A DNA stretch of 64,000 nt from Candidatus Onthousia faecavium (GTDB lineage: Bacteria; Bacillota_I; Bacilli_A; RF39; UBA660), in NCBI GenBank assembly GCA_018711135.1, contig DVIS01000019.1:2533-66532 (forward strand), written 5' to 3'. The notes under the pieces were generated by a model. The model was given only the letters and a program-made list of their open reading frames with translations. It was not told the origin of the DNA and searched no databases. Shown here in pieces: positions 38,173-45,276 of the stretch (within the stretch, counting starts at the first letter, position 1; each line of letters begins with the position of its first letter). A program made the translations under genes and the position numbers.

Positions 38173-38328
38173 CTCTTACTCCCTTCATTCAACCACAAAA
38201 AAAGAACAGAATACTCCTATCCTGTCCTTATTATATGATCAAAGAAGGTACTTAAGCTTCTAAAGTACCCCCCCCCAGGTAACTTGTTGTAAACGGATGG
38301 CTGTTCTCATTTTATACCTTCTTTCTAT
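38173..38328 (-). promoter_or_regulatory. P-family 5' leader, copy 2 (core 38197-38328, G9 at 38268-38276)
   Basis: Same conserved block. The terminator-like hairpin is followed by T7, 12 nt before the SD AAGGGAG. Confidence 0.7.
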
Positions 38329-38343
38329 TTTTTATCTGTTTAT

Positions 38344-38372
38344 ATATTAACATATCCTTAACTGATTAACAA
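38344..38372 (-). promoter_or_regulatory. Sigma-A-type promoter feeding leader copy 2
   Basis: Minus strand TTGTTA (38367-38372), 17 nt, then TAATAT (38344-38349). Confidence 0.4.
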
Positions 38373-38374
38373 TA

Positions 38375-38869
38375 TTATCTGTGTTTATTATTAGTATTAC
38401 TAATTCCTAAAGCTGTAAAATAGTCAGTGATACTATGAAAGGAACTGATATCATAAATATCATAATCGTTAACACAATCTATAATAGTTGCTTCTAAATT
38501 ATCATGGTTTATCTCTTCATTATAAATGTTTTTTAAACTTTCCTTTTGTTCTTCTGTTACATCATGTAAGCTAGGACTTACTATATGAATAGCATTATGA
38601 TTAAGGTCATCTTTTGTTATATAGCTTATATCTAAAATAGTGATAAGATTAGCTAAAGACGCTATCTTATCTAAAGATGAGGTAAATTCTTCATCATTTG
38701 TTAAATCAAGACCATGTAAACACCACCAAGCACTAGGATATATATCATTAGTAAATAAAGTGTTATGACTATATTTTTCTTCCTTATCTCTTTCTTCAAC
38801 AGAAATATTTTCTTCACTACTTGTTTTTATCGAACCATCTGTTCCAATTATAGTAATTAAATGTTTCAT
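38375..38869 (-). CDS. Hypothetical acidic 164-aa protein
   Basis: ORF 1 nt downstream of the RlpA-like gene. No recognisable motif. Confidence 0.45.
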   Translation of the reverse strand: MKHLITIIGTDGSIKTSSEENISVEERDKEEKYSHNTLFTNDIYPSAWWCLHGLDLTNDEEFTSSLDKIASLANLITILDISYITKDDLNHNAIHIVSPSLHDVTEEQKESLKNIYNEEINHDNLEATIIDCVNDYDIYDISSFHSITDYFTALGISNTNNKHR

Positions 38870-38870
38870 C

Positions 38871-39521
38871 TTAAAAACCTTCTCTTAGTATTTCAAAACT
38901 AGCATTATTACTTACACCATAACTTAAAGCTTCATTACTAGTTTTAAATAATAAATCAAACATAAACTTTCCTTCTTTACCTATATTAGGTCCTCGATCT
39001 AAAACAATACCTACAAAGTCTCCAACATTTGTATTACTAACTTTTACTACGGTTCCATATGGATACTCTTTGCCTCCTGATAAGATTCTAAGTTCTCCAT
39101 ACTCTTTATCAAGATAAGTGATAGTATCAGTAATACAGTAACCATAAGCGGTATGGGTACCAATATCAGCACCATAACCACTCATTTTTCCAGTAAAAAT
39201 TTCATTATTATTCTGTCCAAGATTGGTAGAAGGAAGAGACTCCTCTTTTTGAATTTGTTCTTCTGGAACAGTTTCATCTTCTATAATAGCTTTCTCTACC
39301 TCTTGTGGTTCTTCTATAGGAACATTCTCTTCTATTATGGGTTCTATTTCTATAGTAGGAACAGATTCTATTACCGTTTCTTCTTTAGTTATCGTTTCAC
39401 TCTTTACATAAGTTATTTTATTATTTACATCTATATTAGTTATATCTGGAGTAGTTGTACTGACAAGTAAACAACACCCCATAAAGAGTATAGCATTTAT
39501 AATATAAACAGTTATTTTCAT
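38871..39521 (-). CDS. Secreted RlpA-like double-psi beta-barrel (DPBB) domain protein
   Basis: A signal peptide, an E/P/I-rich linker, and a C-terminal YGTVVKVSNTNVGDFVGIVLDRGPNIG..FDLL segment that fits the RlpA/DPBB pattern (DRGP). Confidence 0.6.
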   Translation of the reverse strand: MKITVYIINAILFMGCCLLVSTTTPDITNIDVNNKITYVKSETITKEETVIESVPTIEIEPIIEENVPIEEPQEVEKAIIEDETVPEEQIQKEESLPSTNLGQNNNEIFTGKMSGYGADIGTHTAYGYCITDTITYLDKEYGELRILSGGKEYPYGTVVKVSNTNVGDFVGIVLDRGPNIGKEGKFMFDLLFKTSNEALSYGVSNNASFEILREGF

Positions 39522-39592
39522 ATTTATCCCTCAATATTATGATATCACATTGACACTAAGAAGACAACTATTTGACAAAATAGCAGTGTAAA

Positions 39593-41005
39593 CTAGTGTT
39601 CATAGAAACTCTTAATAACATCATAATCATTATATGGTAAATACTTATCTTCTATAGCCATATAATCATCTCTACCCTTACCAGCAATTAAAATAATATC
39701 TTTAGTTTTAGCTAAAGACAAAGCTTTATAGATTGCTTCTTTTCTATCAATAATTCTTTCATAGTTAGTCTTTTTAGATGTTCCAATTAAGTCATCAATA
39801 ATTTGATTAGGATCTTCATATCTAGGATCATCCATAGTAAAAATAACATAATCAGATTTTTCTAAAACTACTTTACCCATAAAAGGTCTTTTTTCTTTTT
39901 CTCTACCACCTGCACTACCAGTGACGGTAATTATCTTTCCTTCCTTAACAGAATTCAAAAAGGTTAAGATATTAGTAAGAGCATCTTCAGTATGAGCATA
40001 GTCTAAGATAACGGTATACTGATTAGTAAATGGCATTATTTCCATTCTACCTTCAATTTGTTTTAGATCCTTTATTCTTGAAATAATCTCATTAAAAGAG
40101 AAACCTTTACATAATAAGGTTAAAAGAGAAGCAGCTAAGTTCTCAACATTAAAGCTTCCAAGGAGTGGAGATGTAACTTTATAGTCAGAATTTTGATACT
40201 TAAAAGTAATTATCGTTTCATTTCTTTTTAAAGCATAATCTTTAATCATTAGAGTATCATCTTCTTTATAACCATATGTTACAATATGACCTTTAGCAAT
40301 GGCTTTAAATTTCTCATAGTATAAATCATTACTATTTAAAATCGAAAAACCGCTATCTTTAACTTGTTTAAATAACTCTTTTTTACAGTTAACATAATTT
40401 TCAAGAGTTTTATGAATGTTTAAATGGTCTTTAGTAACATTTGTAAGAATTGCAATATCATATTTAATATCATCTAGACGATGACGAAAAAAAGCTTCAC
40501 TTGATGCTTCCATACAAATGGTAGGACAACCATTAGTAAGAAATTCATTAAAATATTTATATAGTCTATCCACATCAGGAGTAGTATTACGCATACTAAA
40601 ATGTTTATTTTTATACTTTCTACCGTTAGTTCCAATATATGCAGCATTATTACCTAATAGCTGATAAATAATTTCAGCAACAGTAGTTTTACCATTAGTG
40701 CCAGTAACCCCGATCATATAGGCTTTTTTATAGGGATAATCATAGAACTTAGCACAAAGGTTTCTTAGTTCTTGATTAGTATCTTTAACTTTGATAACAG
40801 GAACACTTTTAGGGGAGATATCTTTACTGACAATAATAGCACTAGCACCATTATTAATCGCTTCATCTATAAAATCATGGCGATCAGCAGTAACACCCAT
40901 CGTACAAACAAAAATATCACCAGGTTCTACCTCTTTAGAATTTATCTTTATACCTTGTATCTCTCTATCATCAGAAATATCATATAATTCACTTAATTTT
41001 TTCAT
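39593..41005 (-). CDS. murE: UDP-N-acetylmuramoyl-L-alanyl-D-glutamate-(diamino acid) ligase MurE
   Basis: Motifs GVTGTNGKTT, DYAHTEDAL, GSAGGREKEKRP and DDPRYEDP. Note DDPR rather than the DNPR of meso-DAP enzymes. Confidence 0.85.
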   Translation of the reverse strand: MKKLSELYDISDDREIQGIKINSKEVEPGDIFVCTMGVTADRHDFIDEAINNGASAIIVSKDISPKSVPVIKVKDTNQELRNLCAKFYDYPYKKAYMIGVTGTNGKTTVAEIIYQLLGNNAAYIGTNGRKYKNKHFSMRNTTPDVDRLYKYFNEFLTNGCPTICMEASSEAFFRHRLDDIKYDIAILTNVTKDHLNIHKTLENYVNCKKELFKQVKDSGFSILNSNDLYYEKFKAIAKGHIVTYGYKEDDTLMIKDYALKRNETIITFKYQNSDYKVTSPLLGSFNVENLAASLLTLLCKGFSFNEIISRIKDLKQIEGRMEIMPFTNQYTVILDYAHTEDALTNILTFLNSVKEGKIITVTGSAGGREKEKRPFMGKVVLEKSDYVIFTMDDPRYEDPNQIIDDLIGTSKKTNYERIIDRKEAIYKALSLAKTKDIILIAGKGRDDYMAIEDKYLPYNDYDVIKSFYEH

Positions 41006-41046
41006 TTACATCACCTACTATAACATATATCAATTTATTTAATTAG

Positions 41047-41748
41047 TTACTCATCTATGGCAAATAAGAAATCTTCATGGCGATAGAATTGTTCTTCTTC
41101 ATATTTAGAGTAAACTGCAAAAGGACGGTAAAAGTGTAATTTGTTATTAACAACATATAAATAAACATTATCACTGTATGAATCTATACCTCGAAGATTT
41201 AAGAAGCATTCATAATCACATTCAGATTCGGTAAAATACATACTTTCTAGCTCTTGTTTATAATAATTAGTAAATTCTTGCTCTAATGTATTTTCAATGT
41301 CATTTTCAGTAATAGAAAAAGCTTTTAATAAGTCAGCGTCGGTAACTAGGTTACCTGTATCAAGATCAAAATTATAAGTTCTAATAATAGTTTTAGGATA
41401 ATTATTATCGTTTATATCATTATAGATATAGAAAGTAGCAAGAGATAGATAGTCATCATTAAGATCAACTTGATAAGTAAACAAGGCATCATAATCAAGA
41501 GCAGTATTAAAATTTTGTTCTAATCCTTGGTTAACTTTTTTAGCATCAGCACTATTAAATTTAATATTTGGTAAATATGAGGTAAAGCTAGTAGTATCAC
41601 TTTTATATTCTTCTTTGATACTAAAGTAAGTATCGATTTTATTACTTGTATTATTAGTTAAAAGAAAAATAAGAATAATAACAGCAGTACCTATTATTAA
41701 AAATATAATAATTTTTATATATGGTTTATATTGTTCTAATTCTATCAT
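41047..41748 (-). CDS. Hypothetical single-pass membrane protein (233 aa)
   Basis: N-terminal TM helix (IKIIIFLIIGTAVIILIFLL). No recognisable domain. Confidence 0.5.
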   Translation of the reverse strand: MIELEQYKPYIKIIIFLIIGTAVIILIFLLTNNTSNKIDTYFSIKEEYKSDTTSFTSYLPNIKFNSADAKKVNQGLEQNFNTALDYDALFTYQVDLNDDYLSLATFYIYNDINDNNYPKTIIRTYNFDLDTGNLVTDADLLKAFSITENDIENTLEQEFTNYYKQELESMYFTESECDYECFLNLRGIDSYSDNVYLYVVNNKLHFYRPFAVYSKYEEEQFYRHEDFLFAIDE

Positions 41749-41749
41749 A

Positions 41750-42142
41750 TTATTCCTCTATTCCGCCATAGTTTTGTCCTAGATTTTCACGTTCTATTTG
41801 AATATTGGCTATTTCTATTATTTTAACAGTATTATTAGTAGTGTTAATGGTAAATTGATAAGTATATCCTTCTTCGGAAACAAATCTTCCAATATAGTTG
41901 TTATCTTGATAGTGGTTATTTTCTTCGTTATATGTTAGATCTTGGTTATAAAGATTTAATCTTTTTAATTCTTGATAATAGTTGTTATTAAGCTCTTTAA
42001 TAGTTTTATTAGATAGAGAACTATTTTCAGTTTTTAAAGCATCAATAGGAGAAAACAATTCATTTCGAGGCCAAAAGATAAAGGTGATGATGATTGTTAA
42101 TATTATGATAATGCTTATAATAATTAGACGTTTTTTATTCAT
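41750..42142 (-). CDS. Hypothetical single-pass membrane protein (130 aa)
   Basis: The start is reassigned to ATG 42142 (MNKKRLIIISIIII..), preceded by AAAGGAGGT. The track's upstream extension overlaps the peptidase gene. Confidence 0.5.
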   Translation of the reverse strand: MNKKRLIIISIIIILTIIITFIFWPRNELFSPIDALKTENSSLSNKTIKELNNNYYQELKRLNLYNQDLTYNEENNHYQDNNYIGRFVSEEGYTYQFTINTTNNTVKIIEIANIQIERENLGQNYGGIEE

Positions 42143-42155
42143 GTGTAACCTCCTT

Positions 42156-43124
42156 TTAGACTTTTTTCTGTTCGAAGATCCAGTACATAGCAGCGGTTGG
42201 ATGAATCTCTTTATACATATCAAAAGCTCTATTGTTATAGTCTTTAGTAATAGCATTGTATTGATTTGGATCTTGAACTAATATTTTACCATCTTTAGTA
42301 ATGCCACTTAAAACAATAATATGGCCGCTTCTTGTAAATAGGCCTGGTCTTTGGGAGCACATAACTGGTTGTCCGGCTTTTAAAGCAGAGATAACAAGTT
42401 CTGGATTAGTAGTGGAAACAACCTCCCCTAATCCATAGTAATCAGCTAAAGCTTTGGGAAAAGCCCAAGACATGCCAGCGCCATTAACATAGTAAGGTTG
42501 ACCCATTTCATTGACAACTTGATCAGGAGTAATGCTTTTTCCAGTTAAATAGGAAGCAACCATAGCACCTGAGGTGAATCCACAGCCTCCTAAAGCAATA
42601 GTAGAATTACCCAGTTTTACAGTTGGATAATCGCCTTGATAATAAATAGGCATACCTGACAAGACGTTAGCGGCAGTATTAACAACAACTTGAGTTGCAG
42701 CTTTAAAATCTTCTACTGCTTCAAAATCAGACATGAGATCATGGAAAGAGCTACTATTATAAGTTGGAAAAGGAGTATTTCTGATAACCTCATCAGTGGC
42801 TAAGGCTTCTTGCCAACACGCTCCTACATTGTATAGAGTTGTATTTTCTTTAGAAACAAGAGTAAAAAAATTGGTAACAAGATTTACAACAGAAGGAAGG
42901 AAGAAAATAATAAGAGCTGCTAGAAACTTAGTCAAAATACTCTTTAGGCCATTTTTTTTGTCTGGATTAAGCATATTAGATATTAAAGCTAAAGTTAAGG
43001 CCACAATCAATATTATAGGTACAACGATGCAAACTATAGAAAAAATACGTTCTAGAGTAGCTAATGTACCAGCTAAAGCATAATCAGAGCAAACACTTTC
43101 TAAAATATAAAACATATATATCAT
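42156..43124 (-). CDS. Polytopic membrane protein with a C-terminal papain-like (C39-like/CHAP-like) cysteine peptidase domain
   Basis: 3 N-terminal TM helices, a candidate catalytic Cys in LGGCGFTSGAMVASYL and a candidate His in SGHIIVLSGI. Confidence 0.6.
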   Translation of the reverse strand: MIYMFYILESVCSDYALAGTLATLERIFSIVCIVVPIILIVALTLALISNMLNPDKKNGLKSILTKFLAALIIFFLPSVVNLVTNFFTLVSKENTTLYNVGACWQEALATDEVIRNTPFPTYNSSSFHDLMSDFEAVEDFKAATQVVVNTAANVLSGMPIYYQGDYPTVKLGNSTIALGGCGFTSGAMVASYLTGKSITPDQVVNEMGQPYYVNGAGMSWAFPKALADYYGLGEVVSTTNPELVISALKAGQPVMCSQRPGLFTRSGHIIVLSGITKDGKILVQDPNQYNAITKDYNNRAFDMYKEIHPTAAMYWIFEQKKV

Positions 43125-43277
43125 CCTTTTAACATTAATCTATTAATATAATAACAAGTTTTTAGACTTTTTTAAAGGGTTTTAAGTAAAACAAAAAAAA
43201 TTGATAAGACTAAACTTTATCATTTTTTATGTTTTATATGCTTGTTTTCTTTATACTCTTTTTCATTCTGCCATTTA

Positions 43278-45071
43278 TTATGGAGCAATAACTATCCTAG
43301 AAGCACGATCGTGATGGGTATCATCTGTACCTTTATCAGTTGAATACCAAAAGATACCAGGAGTTAATGGTTCGATTGAGCCATCAGGATAATAATAATT
43401 ACTACCACAAATTATCCATGGTATATCAGAATTAACAGTAGCATAAAAATCATTATACCAATGAGCTATTTCTGATAAGTAATATGATTTACACAAACCT
43501 CCATTACAGGCAGTAACAGTATCATCACTAGTATATTTATCATAATATTTGGCATCAGGCATTGAAGAAAAACCACTATTAATGGTAATATCATTATAAT
43601 TTCCCATCATAAATTCATGAGAACATCCTACCATATCATAGATTCCATAAATATTGCCAGTTGTTGAAGCACCTGTTCCATTTATATTTATATCATAAGT
43701 ATATTGACAGCCAAAGTCATATCCGGTACCACCACCAGGAGCCCCCCAACTGCATCCTGTTATATATTGATCACTCTTGTTTTGATATACCTCTTTATTA
43801 GCTCCACTATAATTAGTATTACCAATTTTACCGTATTTAGATTGGGTTAAATAAGTAACAGCTCCCCACTCACTACTTTTCATAGCATGGGTATCTACAT
43901 TACTACTAAATCCATATCTATTTCCTTCATCATTCATTTTAAGACTAATATTAAAAATATTAGCAATACTATTACCACGCCAACTTACAACATTAGGTTT
44001 AATCATAGGATCTAATTCTGTTGTATTGCCTCCTCCATGTTCTAAAGATGGATCACTACTACTTGTCTCAAACTTTCCTACCCAGATTCCGCTTAACTCT
44101 TCATCACCAAAGGTAAAAGCATCTGGAGTATACCAGCTTGTTATTTCTTCTCCTACTTTATATTTAGCACTACATCTATCTTTTTCTCCACTAGCCACAA
44201 ATTTAACATCTATTTCTCCTGGTAATTCTTGAGTTGGAGTTGTTGTTAAAAAATTCCCTTGTTTTCCATAGTAATTAGTTCCATCTTTACTACCGATTGT
44301 ATACGAGTATCTCGGTATCCATACCCACATGGTTTCAATATCATTCATATTTATTATGGTTCCTACACTTGCATTTTTATAACTTTCTCTTGTTGAGCTA
44401 CTTACTGTTACCGCATTAGCCCATTTTTGTTCATTATAGTTATACCAATCATTATTAGCATTACTTATATCTGCTTTTACCCAATTATTGTTTTCATATT
44501 TTACGGCAATCATATTAGTATCTAACTCTGGAGCATTTGGTTCATTTATATATTCTTTAAATAAATGGCCATTACTTGGTAGGCTTAAATCATTATAATC
44601 TAGACCTACACTTACTCCTAACTCTATTACTACCTCATTATGAGAATTATTTTCGACCATTATTTTATATTTATTACTACTACCTATACTTTTACTTGTT
44701 TCTAGATTAACTCCTATTTCTTCTGGTAAAGGATTTGTTTCACAATCTGTGATATAACCAACAGTTACATTATCTGGGATTTCATTTAAGTAGTAAAAGT
44801 TAAATCTTGCTATTCTATTGTTTGGATTACTTAAAGTAACTATAAACTCTATTGAGGTCTCACCAGGAATAGTTAAAGTATTTCCTTCTTTTCTATCTAT
44901 TTCTAATTTATAGTCCAGTGTTCCTGTAACAATACTAATAGCATTATTCTTTTCGTTGGTTACAGTAAACATCGCATAAGAAAAGTAACTTGTTAATAGT
45001 AATAAGGTTATTATAATTACACTTATTATATATATTTTTGATACTTTAGTATTTAATAATAGTCTTTTCAT
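43278..45071 (-). CDS. P-family paralog, type A (597 aa)
   Basis: Same N-module, with FGE-like motifs (GIWVGKFETSSS, MKSSEWGAVTYLTQSKYGK, YGIYDMVGCSHEF). The extreme C-terminus is divergent. Confidence 0.75.
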   Translation of the reverse strand: MKRLLLNTKVSKIYIISVIIITLLLLTSYFSYAMFTVTNEKNNAISIVTGTLDYKLEIDRKEGNTLTIPGETSIEFIVTLSNPNNRIARFNFYYLNEIPDNVTVGYITDCETNPLPEEIGVNLETSKSIGSSNKYKIMVENNSHNEVVIELGVSVGLDYNDLSLPSNGHLFKEYINEPNAPELDTNMIAVKYENNNWVKADISNANNDWYNYNEQKWANAVTVSSSTRESYKNASVGTIINMNDIETMWVWIPRYSYTIGSKDGTNYYGKQGNFLTTTPTQELPGEIDVKFVASGEKDRCSAKYKVGEEITSWYTPDAFTFGDEELSGIWVGKFETSSSDPSLEHGGGNTTELDPMIKPNVVSWRGNSIANIFNISLKMNDEGNRYGFSSNVDTHAMKSSEWGAVTYLTQSKYGKIGNTNYSGANKEVYQNKSDQYITGCSWGAPGGGTGYDFGCQYTYDININGTGASTTGNIYGIYDMVGCSHEFMMGNYNDITINSGFSSMPDAKYYDKYTSDDTVTACNGGLCKSYYLSEIAHWYNDFYATVNSDIPWIICGSNYYYPDGSIEPLTPGIFWYSTDKGTDDTHHDRASRIVIAP

Positions 45072-45228
45072 CTTTTTCTCCTTTCATTTAACCATAAAAA
45101 AGAACAGAATCCTTCTATCCTGTTCTTATTCCATGATTAAAGAAAGTACTTAAGCTTCTAAAGTACCCCCCCCCAGGTAACTATTTGTAAACGGATGCTA
45201 GCTTGCATTTTTCATACCTTCTTTCTAT
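45072..45228 (-). promoter_or_regulatory. P-family 5' leader, copy 3 (core 45096-45228, G9 at 45166-45174)
   Basis: Same conserved block. The hairpin AAGAACAGGATAGAAGGATTCTGTTCTT is followed by T6. Confidence 0.7.
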
Positions 45229-45239
45229 ACTTTAAGTTA

Positions 45240-45269
45240 ATTATACTCTATCTTAGCGTGCTATTTCAA
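45240..45269 (-). promoter_or_regulatory. Sigma-A-type promoter feeding leader copy 3
   Basis: Minus strand TTGAAA (45264-45269), 18 nt, then TATAAT (45240-45245), between the ileS stop and the leader core. Confidence 0.55.
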
Positions 45270-45276
45270 TAATTAT

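Noticed and set aside
38262-38300. An internal promoter across the G9 run (TTTACA-N20-TACTTT) as the main promoter of the family.
   Set aside because: A 20-nt spacer is non-functional as it stands, and the -10 is poor. Better sigma-A promoters lie upstream of the whole block in copies 1-3. I kept it only as a slip-strand hypothesis in the G9 finding.
42143-42256. N-terminal extensions proposed by the ORF track: 41750-42256; 49512-49901; and the leading codons of parE, ileS, rlmN, spoVAD and the sigma gene.
   Set aside because: In each case an internal ATG has a properly spaced SD. The upstream start lies inside that SD or overlaps the preceding gene.
43278-43500. The idea that the FGE/C-type-lectin-like C-termini of type-A paralogs are variable regions of a diversity-generating retroelement, since that fold is the classic DGR target scaffold.
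   Set aside because: The window contains no reverse transcriptase, no avd-like gene and no non-coding template repeat matching any 3' end. The paralogs differ along their whole length rather than only at adenine-templated positions. It is still worth a genome-wide RT/TR search.
45072-45228. The P-family leader as a T-box or another known riboswitch class.
   Set aside because: There is no T-box motif; the genuine one at 48416-48427 upstream of ileS provides a comparison. There is no specifier-loop architecture and no aptamer core sequence that I recognise. It remains unclassified.
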